The notes under the pieces are model-generated. The model did no database searches and was not told the DNA's origin. It worked only from the letters and a program-made list of their open reading frames with translations. A program made the translations under genes and the position numbers. This document shows, one piece after another, positions 18,774-32,500 of a stretch of 59,501 nt of DNA. The stretch lies in the IMG/VR virus record IMGVR_UViG_3300025767_000017, positions 1 through 59,501 of that record, one strand, 5' to 3'. Origin of the DNA: a virus. Taxonomy: Duplodnaviria > Caudoviricetes. Each line of letters begins with the position of its first letter. Positions within the stretch are counted from its first letter, which is position 1.

Positions 18774-20726
18774 TTAAAATGAATACGGTGTTGTTGTACT
18801 TGTGTGAGTCCAAGTAGCGCCGTTCGAAGTGTATGTCATTAGTGTGCGTGATGGTGTTAAGACAACACTACCACTTGCTGTGTTTGTAGCAGCAATATCT
18901 TGTATTGCTTGTCCATTTAATGTGCCATTTTGATCAACTGCTACAGTATTTTTAGTTAACACGCCGCTTGTATTAGGACTTTCTGTTACAGTAACATTGA
19001 TACCCGTAACTGTAGCTCCTGCATATGAAGTAGTATGTATTTTTGCAACTTTTCCTATAGTAAGAGGCGTTGCTTGGTACATTGACTGTATAACCGAAGC
19101 CACATTTGTGTTTAGTGTTTCGCCGGTCCCCATACCAGTAACGTCTAACGAAAATACTATAGTTTCGTTAGCAATTTCAGTATCAGCATAAATTTTAGTT
19201 ACTACATCTTGATCGTCTGTAGGATTTGCTACCCCTGTAATTTTTTGATTATCTTGTACAGCGATATCTCCAAACGATGTAATATTAATACCATTAGTTC
19301 CAGTTAAATTTAATGCTTTAAAACTATCAGTTTGATCACCTAACGAAATTGCAGAACCTGATTTAATTGTTATACCATCAACACTAATATCATCAACATT
19401 TAAATAAATCAGCGTTCCAATTTCGTCTAATTGCGGGGCCTTTTGAATATTAACTAAACTTGTATTTGTTAATTTGTTTACTCCGCCTATTTTTAATGCT
19501 TTGGTAGCATCACTCAAATCTAAATTAACATTAGTAGTCCATGCATCTTGTGCTTGCTTCCAAGTCCATAATTTTTGACCAACATCTGAAGTATCTAATA
19601 TTAAGCCAGCATTGTCTGCATCTACTCCTGTAAGGGTTGCGCCTGTTGATGTTTTGGCAATTTCAATATTTTTATCTTCTACTCTTAGTGTATTAACATC
19701 AATACTTGTAGTAGTACCTTCAATTAAAAGATTTCCAGTTACTCTTAAATCGCCGCTGACATCTAGAGTATATTGAGGCAATCTAAGATCGCCTGAAGGA
19801 GTTCGATTAAATATACCAATTCTAGCCGTTGACGCATCTATATAAATTGCATCAACTGTGTTTGAACCAAACGCACTTGACTTAACTCGTAGACTCATGT
19901 CTTCGTCTGTAATTTGATTTTCTAAGTAATATCTAGGTCCAACAATCTTTTGTACATGATTTTGCGATACACCAATAGTTATACCACCTGAATTTGATAT
20001 CCTTAATGTTCCAGTTGTTACGCCGTTTGCTGTGGAAGGAAGGAAACTGTCAGCGGTTCTTACAACTCCGCCTGCTGTAACAAGAGCGTTTGCTGATTCT
20101 GCAATACCTCTATATTTAAAATTAGCTTTGTCAATAACATTAATACCTTGATATATAATGCCATTAGGATTGGCAACTGTTACTAGTCCGTCAATCTGTT
20201 GACTATAAACTGGTGTAAACTCTAATGCACTAACAACTGCTGTTAGTGTGCCGCCCACATATAAATTTGCAACTGTTCTAGAACGACTTTGTGAATCTAG
20301 AATACTTTCTACTCTAAAGCCTGTTTCGCCTTGAGTTGTAGTATACGATGGTCCCATTAAAATAAGGTCAGTACCGTCATATGCATACACTTGATTATTT
20401 AGACTATCAATCCATAGATCTCCTGCAACCATTTGTGGTCGTGTAGATTGTACAAATGGACCGCCACTAGCTTTCCACTGTGCGCCGTCATAAACTTTTA
20501 AACGTTGATCCCCTGTATCCCACCAAGTTTGTCCAGTTAACGGATTACTAGGAGAAGCTGTGTTACTAAAATTTTCTAATAATTTAATAAAGTTTTCATT
20601 AAAATATTCACCATATCCAGTATAATTTCGACCAATAAGTACAAGATTAGTACTAGTAGTGTCTATTTGACCATCAATTAAATCTGTTAATATCGTGCCG
20701 TCTGTTTTGTTTAGTTGATAGCTCAT
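18774..20726 (-). CDS. Tail fibre/baseplate-associated structural protein
   Basis: Same N-terminal GRNYTGYGEYFNENFIKLLENFS...GQTWWD module; beta-rich body. Confidence 0.75.
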   Translation of the reverse strand: MSYQLNKTDGTILTDLIDGQIDTTSTNLVLIGRNYTGYGEYFNENFIKLLENFSNTASPSNPLTGQTWWDTGDQRLKVYDGAQWKASGGPFVQSTRPQMVAGDLWIDSLNNQVYAYDGTDLILMGPSYTTTQGETGFRVESILDSQSRSRTVANLYVGGTLTAVVSALEFTPVYSQQIDGLVTVANPNGIIYQGINVIDKANFKYRGIAESANALVTAGGVVRTADSFLPSTANGVTTGTLRISNSGGITIGVSQNHVQKIVGPRYYLENQITDEDMSLRVKSSAFGSNTVDAIYIDASTARIGIFNRTPSGDLRLPQYTLDVSGDLRVTGNLLIEGTTTSIDVNTLRVEDKNIEIAKTSTGATLTGVDADNAGLILDTSDVGQKLWTWKQAQDAWTTNVNLDLSDATKALKIGGVNKLTNTSLVNIQKAPQLDEIGTLIYLNVDDISVDGITIKSGSAISLGDQTDSFKALNLTGTNGINITSFGDIAVQDNQKITGVANPTDDQDVVTKIYADTEIANETIVFSLDVTGMGTGETLNTNVASVIQSMYQATPLTIGKVAKIHTTSYAGATVTGINVTVTESPNTSGVLTKNTVAVDQNGTLNGQAIQDIAATNTASGSVVLTPSRTLMTYTSNGATWTHTSTTTPYSF

Positions 20727-20727
20727 G

Positions 20728-22866
20728 TTATTGTCCAGTATATATTATATAATTAACAGCTAGATAAGGATTCATAGTATCTAGCGGGGCACCAACAAGT
20801 TCTGGTGCAGCAACTGATCCTATGTTTCTAAAGTCTCCTGTACCAGTAACGCCGCCGCTATTAATACCTCCGCTAGAAGCTAGACCTTGTGTTCCACCTA
20901 ATCCAGATTCAACTGTTAATGAAATTGCATTGTCGTCAGCAGGTTCGCCCGCTGCTTCTCTTATTGCGTAATATTGGTTGCCGCTTGCGCCTTCTAAATT
21001 ATGTTCGTGTTCTGGTAAATTATTACTTCTAACTGTGACTGCTTCTTGTCCTGCATTACCGCCAAGTGCATCAGCAGCCGTATTTGTAACTCTGTTTGCA
21101 CTAGAGCCATTCATATTATCGAGACCTAGTGCAAATCTTCCTCTAAAGTCTGGTAATCCAAATGTTGTAGCACCATTATTATTTAATAATGATCTATCTT
21201 TAAATGAGTATGCAATTGCAGCAAATAAAACACTGTAATCAGAAATGTTAACAACAGAACCATCACAAAATAGCCACCCTGCCGGCAATGTAATTCCAGC
21301 AAATGGCATAATTGCGCCTGCCGGAACTAGCGGAATAGTACTTAGGAAAGTGCTTTTCTTAATCTTGTAAACACCTGCATCATAACCGCCAGACGTATTA
21401 AGTTTATTAATTAGCAATTCGTCTTCATTAGATGAAAACGGCAATGTTGTTTTATTAGATATAAAACTGTTAGCAATACGTATATCGAATGTTTTTGTTG
21501 TGCCGCCAGTTTGTCCATCAAATTCAAAACTATTATTAGTAACATCACCGGTTACTTGGAATGTAGATGCAGTTGCAAGTCTATCAGCTGATCCTGCGCG
21601 GCCACTGACTGTACCACTTACGTTACCTTGTAAATTTCCAAAGAATGTGTTAGCATGAACATTATCATACTTCAATGTTACCGTGCCAATATCCCATCGA
21701 CTATTAGTAGTAGGATAGATATTTCCACTTTCTATGTAGCCTGCGGCTGCAGGATTAATTGCACCGAAATCAATATTGCCGCCTATTTGTATATCTTTCC
21801 GAACAGCAATTCCGCCTTTGGTAATAATAGTACCTGTATTAAGATCAATGCTATTAAATGTTGTATCAATTAATATTTGTCCGGATGTTGGATCACCTGT
21901 TGCCTGATTTACTTTAATATTTCCCTTAACATCTAATGCATCGTCGGGTGCTGTATTATTAATTCCTACATATCCTCTAGCATCAAGCCTTAATACAGTA
22001 TTATATGATGTATCATTGAGCATCCTAAAATCTATACTAGATGTATTACTATTTTGTCGAAATACAGTACTTTGATTTTCAACTTGAATACCTAGTTGTC
22101 CACTAGTACCTACAACAATTCCTTGATCGTTTTTAATATTAAGTGGAAAACTCGAATTTGATGCTGCATCACCTCTTAAAAAGCTGCTTGCCGGAACTGC
22201 TACATTTCCAACAACAAGTGCTTCTGCTTTTTCAGCAGTACCGTAATATTTTAAAGTTTCTGTACCAATTAATGCAGTTGAACTAAGATTCATGCCTGCA
22301 TTTATACCTCCGGTAAATCCAGGAATAACACTTTTTGGTGTAAAAGACTGAGAACTAATAATTATTCCAGTCTGATTATTAATTTTAATAGAAAGTACAC
22401 TATAAGTTAAATCGTCAGTTCCGACGATTGATTCTGATTGTGCTCCGGTTAATAGTCCGTCACTAAAATCAGGACCAACTAAAATCCATGCTGCACCAGT
22501 AAACAAATAAAGTTGTTGCGTTTCGGTGTTAACCCATAAATCTCCTGCACTTGAATTAGCTACCGCAGGTTGATTAGTTGCTTTTTTAACACCGCTAGCA
22601 GCAATCCATGTTGTTCCGTCGTAAATTTTAAGTTGGTCAACTCCTACTGTAGTATCATACCATAACTGTCCTTCTACAGGACTATTTGGAGAACTACTGT
22701 TTGCAAAGTTTTCTAGTAAATGTAAAAAGTTTTCATTTACTGCTGTGCCGTATCCTGTGTAATTTTTGCCAGGAAGTGATACTGACGTTTCTTGGTTGAT
22801 AGTATTATCTTCAACTACTATAGTACCTTTGTTAACAGAATCAGTATATGATATCGTATATGCCAT
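20728..22866 (-). CDS. Tail fibre protein with phage tail-collar domain (short-fibre-like)
   Basis: Same N-terminal module; collar motif VPAGAIMPFAG...GWLFCDGS...YSVLFAAI...TFGLPDFRGRF, then LPEHEH and NPYLAVNYIIYTG at the C-terminus. Confidence 0.85.
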   Translation of the reverse strand: MAYTISYTDSVNKGTIVVEDNTINQETSVSLPGKNYTGYGTAVNENFLHLLENFANSSSPNSPVEGQLWYDTTVGVDQLKIYDGTTWIAASGVKKATNQPAVANSSAGDLWVNTETQQLYLFTGAAWILVGPDFSDGLLTGAQSESIVGTDDLTYSVLSIKINNQTGIIISSQSFTPKSVIPGFTGGINAGMNLSSTALIGTETLKYYGTAEKAEALVVGNVAVPASSFLRGDAASNSSFPLNIKNDQGIVVGTSGQLGIQVENQSTVFRQNSNTSSIDFRMLNDTSYNTVLRLDARGYVGINNTAPDDALDVKGNIKVNQATGDPTSGQILIDTTFNSIDLNTGTIITKGGIAVRKDIQIGGNIDFGAINPAAAGYIESGNIYPTTNSRWDIGTVTLKYDNVHANTFFGNLQGNVSGTVSGRAGSADRLATASTFQVTGDVTNNSFEFDGQTGGTTKTFDIRIANSFISNKTTLPFSSNEDELLINKLNTSGGYDAGVYKIKKSTFLSTIPLVPAGAIMPFAGITLPAGWLFCDGSVVNISDYSVLFAAIAYSFKDRSLLNNNGATTFGLPDFRGRFALGLDNMNGSSANRVTNTAADALGGNAGQEAVTVRSNNLPEHEHNLEGASGNQYYAIREAAGEPADDNAISLTVESGLGGTQGLASSGGINSGGVTGTGDFRNIGSVAAPELVGAPLDTMNPYLAVNYIIYTGQ

Positions 22867-22876
22867 TATCTACTCC

Positions 22877-23479
22877 TTATCCTGCTAAACTTTGTACACG
22901 AACTGTGTAGTCAATTTGAATTAATCTGTTAAGCGACTTTTGCACTGGGTGGAAGATAACATGCGTAATTAATCTACCTGTACCACTTGTGCTATAACTA
23001 CGCAAACCTAGTTCATCAAAAACATAATTATTAGTTTGTGTTGAAGCAGTATCAAATGCATCTTGTCCATTTGGTTCGCCGTAATCTAACAAACAACTTA
23101 CTACAATATCAGTATAGTTAGTTCCACTTAAATGCCTAACTTCAGTCTTATTTCGAACAGGGTCTGTATTATTAACACTTCTTTCGTCTACAACCTTTGA
23201 ATATGTTTGATTGTACAGTGTTGCATTTGTACCAGTACTGTTAGGCGTAAGATATGTAATAATACCTGTCGGATCAACGCTTGTGCCGCCGTTTCCGAAA
23301 CTCATTTCGTATATAAATCCTTGGCCTGCATTGCTCAAACTTTCAGCAAGTGCAATACTCATATTTTCATAATGAATTGCATTGCGCTTGTCAATGTATA
23401 CTTTTTGTGATTCAGGGTCGAATATCTTAATATGCCCCTGAACCAATACTCCGTTTGTGTCTTGCATGTTATCGCTCAT
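22877..23479 (-). CDS. Putative baseplate/virion structural protein
   Basis: 200 aa within the structural module; GHIKIFD...NAIH and FDELGL...ITHVIFHPVQKS motifs. Confidence 0.65.
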   Translation of the reverse strand: MSDNMQDTNGVLVQGHIKIFDPESQKVYIDKRNAIHYENMSIALAESLSNAGQGFIYEMSFGNGGTSVDPTGIITYLTPNSTGTNATLYNQTYSKVVDERSVNNTDPVRNKTEVRHLSGTNYTDIVVSCLLDYGEPNGQDAFDTASTQTNNYVFDELGLRSYSTSGTGRLITHVIFHPVQKSLNRLIQIDYTVRVQSLAG

Positions 23480-23496
23480 TTATTTTTCCTATACTG

Positions 23497-23504
23497 TATT
23501 TATT
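23497..23504 (-). promoter_or_regulatory. T4-like late promoter (AATAAATA) overlapping the giant gene's stop codon
   Basis: Motif upstream of an AGGA SD and the 23479 start. Confidence 0.5.
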
Positions 23505-26500
23505 CAGGTAGCTCAGATGTTCCGGCACGTAAGAATCTTGCAATTGCATTTTCAGTTTTACCTAAGGACTTAGTACCTTCATTCCAAATTTTACCTTGTT
23601 TCTTAATAATAGTCACTCTTGACCCTTCTACAGGAACAACTTTTAACTCTATTTGTTGAGTTTCTATATTAAATATTACTTCAGCGGTATTTTCATAATC
23701 ACCTTCAGGACTATCTAACTCAAAGACAGGTATAAATGTATTAATACTGTTTTTGCGCATGCGTTGCCCTGCAACAAATACTTCTAACTCATTTATAGAG
23801 CTCGTCGATGCACTAACATCAAACAAAGCTGTGACACCATCGGCAGTAAAGTTTTGAACAATATTACTATCACTGTAAGGTATAGTCTTACTTATATTTT
23901 GATCAAATACTTTTGATCCTACTGCATGAGTTTCTTTAATTCCAGTACCTAACGTACCTCTACGTATCTGTCGTAATAAGTTTCCTTCTTTAACAAAATA
24001 TTCAATACGCTCGCCATTGATAAAGATTATGCCTGGCAAATTTTGTCCTTTATTTGGTTCACTTAATAAACTACTATCAGTTACTTCAATTCTTAAATCA
24101 TAATAATTAAGTGGCTGTGCTAGTGTAGTTGCAGAAGCATCTAAACGTTTAAAGTGTGTTCTATTTAATATATCTTTAAATTGTCTATACGAAAACTTTG
24201 ATACATTTTCTTCGGCTGTAAAATGCATTACATCAATTGTATCAAATTTATCTGGAATTACTGCCAATTGTACTTTATTTTTACTATCAGAAATTGCATA
24301 ATCAACATCAGGTGTTAACAATATACCGTTTTTAATAACCCAAACATATTTTGAATCAATTGCAGGTACTCTTAAGTTAATTTCTCCTACAGACAATCTA
24401 TTATAGGTATTATAATCTGGATTTTCTAGTTGTAGTGTTACTCTCGATACAACATTATAATTAATACGTTCGATTCCTAATATGTCATGATTACTAAACT
24501 GGAATATTTCAACTGTTGCTTCATCTGCAGGAGCATTTGTTAAAGTTACAGTAGTAGGCGACGTTAATGTATATTCGCCGTCTGTGATTACATATAATTC
24601 AACAATGTCTCCTGGAATACCCACGTCATCAGTTAAAACAACACTACTATTTGCAATATCAAATCTCCAACTAGTAGGCGTAAATATTTCGGTACCATTT
24701 AAAAATACTTTAATATCTTCAGTTAACAAAGAGCCTGGTTGATTTTGGAACGTTTCTAACAAATATTCGCGTTGACTATTTGCAGGAATAGTATATTGAA
24801 CATTATAGCCCGGACTTAAAATATTATTTCCTACTTTTACAATTAAGTTGTGCTGTGTAGGTCTATTATAAAATGGTGCAGATGATAATGTAAAATTAAC
24901 TGTAGATCCGTTTCCAGTAAATGTATCTTTTTTCATTTGACTATAGTTAATTTGTGTGTTACTATCAAATAGTGCATAGTAAATTACAGAATCAACAGTA
25001 GGTACAGTATCAAATGTAAAAGTAACATTACCAGTAAGCGGTGATTCATTAAATGTTACTGTTTGTTTTACACCGTCAACACTAACAAATATATCTAAAT
25101 CAGCTTGGAATCTAACTTGTGTTTCGAATGTTATAGTTGATTCGTCAGCAATGTAATTGCCAAAGTCTAAAATGTTTTGGCCAGCTTGTGCTACAGTTAC
25201 AATACTAAGTGTTGCATTATCTACAAAACTAGGTATAGTGTTATCGATAGTCACTGTGCCTAATTTCCAGTTAATTGTATAATCAGCATTTTCTCTTGAA
25301 AGAATTACGTTATCAATTTTAACAATTATAGAATCTACACTACTTGGAATAACTCCCAATTCGTAAGTTGTTACAGTTGTATCCAAACGATAGCTTTGAC
25401 TGAAGATTTTTCCTTGGCCACCGCTTTCTCTAGTATAAACTTTAATATCTAACGTATCAAAAATTTGTCCTGGTACTAATTCTTCAGGTCCTGCGCTTGC
25501 AGCAGCTGAAATAAATCCGTCACCGTCAGTTATTATATCTTCTGCATTTACGCCCGTTGCACTAGTGTATAAAAGATCGCCACCGCTTAGAGCAGTATCA
25601 TACCCAGTTTCGTCAGGTATAATACTACCGTCGCTTGTGATTTTTCTTACAACAAATAGATCACCTTCTAATATTTCTATGCCCAAGTCTTGCACATAGA
25701 TTACATCAGTTACTCCGTCACCTGTAATGCTATTTGTAATAGCATTTACGTTTGTAGCGGATGATCCCGGAACTTCTGGAATAGCTGCTACTTCCGGAGT
25801 TCCGCCTACTAATTCATCAACAACATATCCTGACACGCCTGTATCATTTTCACCAAAAATACTTTCTATTGTAGCAAAATCTGGTTTGCTCAACACTGGG
25901 GCAAAGTATGTATTGAACAATGCATAACCTAATGGGTTGTTTGCTAACATACCTGCTGGAGTTTTTAGACTATCATCCCATTCAGGAGAAAGAGTGCCGT
26001 TGTCCCAGTATACACTCATATCCCACATTGACCAGTTTACCAAGTAGGTGTATTCTGTGTATGCAACTGCTGCTTTCTCTGGATCTGTATTCCAATCAGT
26101 AGCATAACCACTTGGATCATATAATCCTGCATCAATTGCTTCTTTCATTGCTAAATGTATTGCTGTGTTTTTCCAGTCAAAACTTGGTTCATTATTAATT
26201 CTAATATCTGGATTCATTTCCACTGCGTCTATACTGCCAGGCACGGCACCCGGAATACCAAATGCGTGTACGGTGTGGAATACGTGTTCGAATATTTCTT
26301 CAATATCTCTACGCTGTGTTGGAGGATTGTTTCCGTTGATATTTTTATACCATACCATATCCTTTTGAGCAACACTATCATTAAATGCTTGTAGTCCTGC
26401 ATAACTTGCCACGTTAACATCTTCTAACCAGTTAGGTGTATATGTACTACCACCGTTATATGCAACTCTTTGTATTGTAGGTATTCCTGCATGCCAAGTT

Positions 26501-29500
26501 CCTGCGTCACCACGTAGTGTTTTAATAAAGTTACGTTGATGTGTGGTGTTAATGCCAGCACCGTTAGGATCAGTTATTAATTCAAATGTTCTTGCAGTTT
26601 TCTTTGCCCATTCATCTGGTACTGCAAGTTGTCCGCCTACTGCTCCTGCAACAACTAGTTTCAATCCGTTTACAGTTAAGGCTCTGTCAAACACTGTACC
26701 ATTGTTCTCAGTAATTAATGCACCATTGTTGTATTCTGCATCTGCCGGCAAACCAGGTACTGCTGGAACACCCGGTACTGCTGGTGTTCCTGCTACAAAA
26801 TCAGTTGCGTCAATTCTTACACCGTTTTTGTAAAGGTTATAAACTGCGCCAGCTTCTAGAGGAGCACTTAATTGAACTGCAATTGTAGATCCGTCAGCTG
26901 TAAACACTTCGTCTTCGAATGTGTTATCAAATTGATCCCATTGATCTGAGAACCAGCCCCTTGTATCCCATCCAGATACTCCTTGGAAGTCAAAACTACG
27001 AACTTCAACCCCGCCGTAGTCTATGCCAGACATTAACTGTGATAGTTCTCTACTGTACATATTTGCACTAGGGTTATAAGAATGTAAAATTCTATCTTCT
27101 GCACTTAACATACTCATAGGTAATTGATATTTAATTTCAATCACAGCACCTAGACTAGGAGGTTTTGCAAAAATTATTCTACCCTTTTCTCTTGTGTATG
27201 TCGAAGTGTTATCTTCAACATTAGAATACGTATATTTACTACGTAACTGTTCGATCCCATCAACAAATATTTGAACTTTGTCATTATTAAGATCGATTGG
27301 ATATGGTAGATTGAATCGTGTTTCTGCTCCAGTTCCTGTATGTAAGGTTTGTTTTAAAATAGTTTCATAAGTATATTTTCCACTAAGTCTGTCAAACTTA
27401 ACTCTTATATGAGGAGTTCTAACAAGTCCGTTACCTAATATTGCAGTTGCAGCAGCCGGGGTAGATATTTCATTTTGTGGGCCTTCAATAATTACAGATG
27501 GTGCTGTAGTATATCCGTTACCTGTATTAGTAACTAATATGTGTGTCACTTTACCATAAGCAATTACTGCTTTTGCAGTGGCGCCTGTGCCGCCGCCGCC
27601 TTCAAAACGCACAGTTGGTACAAATGTATATCCGGTACCCGAGTCGCTTAATTTGATTTCTTTAATTTGATATCCTAAATTATCACTCCAATGCTTTCTA
27701 GGATATACTGTTGTATTATCTTCGGCACCAACAATGACGTTAGAGTCAATTGTAGCATTACTTGGTGTAATTTTTCCTGTAATAGTATTATAATAAGGCG
27801 GAAGATCAAAATCAGAAATACTACTACGTGTATTATCTAAATTTTCATAATTGTCAACAAATTCTCTTATGTTTGTACTGTAAGGTTTTACTTCTCTAAC
27901 ATAGCTTTCAAAATCTTCTAAGTTATTGTATTGGAATGTAATATCTTGCTTAAGAGCTCCTAATTTGTGCGTAGCCGAAATAAAACTTGTCTTAAACATC
28001 CAGTCAACATTTGGCTGCTCTGAAAGAATATATCTTAAAGAAGCGAAGAACAACTGATTATATTCAATTTCTAAGTCAGTTACAAAGATATTATCTCTTA
28101 TAGTTTCAAGGATAATTCTTAATTCTTTTACAGGATTATTATCATAAAACACACTATCATAACTTTTGTTATCATACCCTGTTGTATTTTTAGCATAGTC
28201 ATACAAACTATCTTTAAACTGAATAGTTCCGTTTTGTCTGCCAACAGTTTTATAGTTTATTGTATAATCTTCTGTGTTTTGGTTAGATTCTTTTTCTAAT
28301 AATAACCAACCGCCTGTGCCTACATTATTAATTTTAATAATATCGCCGATTGTATCGTTTATTGAACTAAGCTGATATGAACTATCAACTGTATAATCGA
28401 CATCTGTAAATTGATTGTATCCAGCATCATACCAATCTATATAATCCCAGTAAGCAGTTACATTATAATCTTGAATAGATGTTCTAAACCATCTATTTAA
28501 CGATGTATTCCATTCATACAAAGCCCATTTATTAAATGATGTGCTGTCAGCTAACACTAATACTGTAAACTTTCTAACAGTTAACAATGTTGCTTCAGTG
28601 TAATCACTACCTTGAGTCAATACTTCTACGTTTGTAATTTGTCCAAGATTATTTATTGTAATATCTAAAGTTGCACCGGTGCCTGCACCTTCAAACTGAT
28701 AACTAGGTGCAACTTTATACCCTCTACCAGGATTGGTTATTGCAACACGAATTACTCTGCCATTGACAATTACTGGAGTTAAAATTGCAGGTGTTAATTT
28801 GTTTGTGCTGATAAATTCAAGTTCTTCAAAAGTATCAATTTGAATGTCATATTCTTTTCCAGCAATTGTAGGGACTTCTTCTTTTAATAGTAAAGGACTA
28901 ATGTTATATTCGTCAACAATTAAGTTTTCAGATAATACTAAATTGATTCGTTCAACTGATTGTTTTAATGCTTCGACTCTATTAACAAACATTCCTTGTC
29001 TTGGACGATTTTGTATACCTTGACGTTTTGCAACAGGTATCTTAGGATCTGGAACTATTCTATTATTGCTATCAAAACCAATTAAGCTATCAAACCACTT
29101 GCGCTCAATGTCAAAGTTAGGCTTACTTGTAGCTAATTTGTCAGATAGTAGTTGATACTGCTTATGCTCATTTTGTGCATCATTATTGCCAGTTGAATAT
29201 CTAATATTCAAAACTAAATCGTCTGATGTAATTAAATTATTAAAGTTATTCAATACAAATTTATTGTCTCCAATAAAGCTGATGTATCTATATCCATTTT
29301 CTCTTGGAGATTGGATTAAGTCTTTAATATTTACACAGTTTAATCTTCTGTTTTCAATTGTAGGTATTGTAAGTTTATTTTCAACCCAGAAATAATATTT
29401 TGTGCTAAACGTTTGACTTATATCATCATAAGACAATTTAGCACTATATTTGGTATCACCGTATAATGCTGTTCCACTTATGCCTAAAGGAACACCGTTG

Positions 29501-32500
29501 TCGGTATCAGCTAGTTGGTTCCACTGACTTGGTAAATAATCACTTTCTACCCATTCATAAATATCAATTGATGCGCCAGGTAACAGCGTGTTCCATTCGT
29601 TACGTTGGAATGTAGTCGAACCTTGGTAGGCATAATTAAATCTAGCATTACTAATATTCCACCAAATTTGTCCAACGTGGGATTGGTTCCAATGTTTTGC
29701 AGGATCTACTGTTTCGTCGCTTAACAATCCTACATTATAAGAAGCCGGATCGTATGGTGTTTTAAAAGTAATTTCTTGATCTGCTACTCCAGCAATTTTA
29801 CCTTGTACTGCGTCAATATAATCTATATATGAAACAATTTGATTAGTACGCTTGTTATATAAGAATACTCCTTTAATTTTAGATATATCGACCGGAGTTA
29901 TACTGCTCCTTAGTATATTCCAAGATTTCTTATTTTTAGTTTTACGATAATCTAAAACTGCACCTCTATAGTCACCACTAATAAAATTAGGTATTCCTGT
30001 ATAGATGTGATTATTATTAATTAACAAGTTTCTACCAAAGTCAGTTTGAGTATCTTTGAATATCAATTGTTCCGAATATACTAAACTATCTTGTACATTT
30101 TCATAAACATATATTGTTCCTTTATCAACTTTAATATTTTTAAAAGAAGTAAAGTTATTATCAAATGTAGTTTCGAGTCTTTCCTCTGATGTAGTGTCTA
30201 ATACGTATGCTCGGTCTGCTAATGTATTAGAATAAGTGTCAAACCTTGTTGGAATAAGTTGGTCGCCATTTTGACTTGATATTAATAAATTTTCGTTGCC
30301 AAATGCAATCGAATATCCAAATCTTTCAACTGCTTCGTTATTTGGAGAATTAATTACAGTATTTGGAATAGTTACCGTAACACCGTTAATGTCAACACCG
30401 TTGATTGTTCCAAATTTTTCTGTCGCGGTATCATAACTATAAATCCACACTGCACCTTGATCTACACTTAAGGCATCATCTAAAGGAACGCTTACTGCTA
30501 TTTTTGTACCTGCTGGATTTATAGACACAGAATCTGCCCACAAGTTTTTGTTTATCCAAACATCAGATGTGCCTGCATTATTATCGTGATCTTGAAGTTC
30601 AAAACTAGATGCAGGTGCATTAATGATTTGATCTAATACATATTTTTTATCATTGAGTCTATAAATTGCTAATTGCTTTTGATAAGAACTATCTGATAAT
30701 TCTAATTTAGTTGTTACCACTAACACTTGTGCATCATCGCTAATATCAAACTTTTCAGCAAACTGAGATATATTTGTTTCAGGGTCATATACTGATTCGC
30801 TATAATAAGCATTTAACGTTAAGTTTGGTAATAGCCCTAAATAATCAATTTTACTATCAACGGTTTCCCATGAAGTATTTGATGCAGTCGGTACACCTTC
30901 TGCCTTAGGCACATTTGTAGTTGCCTTCCAAAAATTAGTATTATAATAAACAATGTCATTTAATTTATAACTAATAGAAGTATCAAATGTTCCTCTATAG
31001 TTTTCGTCCTTTGCTCGTTTCCAACTAATTTTATTCCAATATATGGAATCAGTGATATTATCTTGTGTTACGGTAGACGACTTACGTGCAATATAAAAGT
31101 CATCGCGCCAAACTACAACATCATTAACATTATAAGCAGAATCAAATTGGTACAACCCTTTAAACGTTTGTGAGTTGTCAACACCGTGTTTATATATTTC
31201 GATAGAACCTGGATTTTGTCTCCATTCTAGTGCTTCATCTCTTGCTGCGCCCGTAGGTTCGTTTGATATCATCAATGTATAATCATTGCCAGTTTGTGTT
31301 ATCTTAACTTGTGTACCAAATCGTTTATCCTTAGCTGCGTATTCAGATACCAAAGTTATTTGATATTGATATACTCCATTTGCATCTTTTCTGTAAATTG
31401 AAACAGCACCTTGATTTAATGGTCCTAGTGACCCAGTTTTGTCTGCTGGAATATTATATACCTGTGTGTAATCTTTGTTTAGACTAAACGGAGGATTTGC
31501 AGCTCTAGCAACACCGGTGATAATATCTTCATTAAAGAAATAATATTCTTGATCAGTTACAGGTAGTATATTATCCCACGTAGTTGTTGCTGGGAAGTTT
31601 CTTTCTGCGTCAATAACTAATAGTTTACCAATAAGAGAGCTTCCTAAAACAATATCATTATTAACATCAGATATTCTTCCAGTACTTTGATCAGGGTCAC
31701 TTCCGCTTCTTGATAGACGTTTAATATTAAATCTACCAATATTAGTCAGTTGCTGGAATCTGCCGCCTACTGTTAAATCTGTTCTATTAGTTTTTTGTTC
31801 AAATTCTGCTTGAGTTAAAACATTAACATAAACTCTTACCGCATTAAAGTTGCGCTGATACAGCATTACTTCAGCAGCACTTGTTGTTGTAGAATTTCTA
31901 GCTAGGCCGCCTTGTCCATCTCTAGGAATCTGCACATCAACAAGTATATCACCTACTTCAGGTTCAAATACGTTGCCTTGGAAGTCAAATTCAGTAAAGT
32001 CGAAATCAATATAGCCGTCCCACATGTCTTGTATAACAGCATCAGTACGTGTAATGTCGCTAACTATAAAACCAGATTGAGCTAAATTAAAATTCTCGTT
32101 GTCAAAATATTTAATATTAATTAGTGTTGGATTTTCTGACAGTGGTCCGTTGGCAATAAATCTAGGATAGATAATGTCTGAATATATTTTTGAAGTTCGT
32201 ATAACAAATTTAGTGCTATTTTTAGAACTTTCGATTCCGCCGTTGTCACCAAAGTACGCTAAGTGATTTATAAAACTTGCCTGATTGTTTCTATTAACAT
32301 ACGGTCCAACACTAGTTATTGTATCTTGTATATTACTGTAAACATTTAACGGTTGTTCTGCAATTATATCTGCTAGTTTGCGAACATCTGCATATACTAA
32401 TCCTCGGCCTACATCGTAATAGCGACTGTTATTTGAATATGTAAATCCGTTATTTGAAGAAACTTCTGTAGTTTGAGGTGTAGGATCTTCTCCAATCTGG

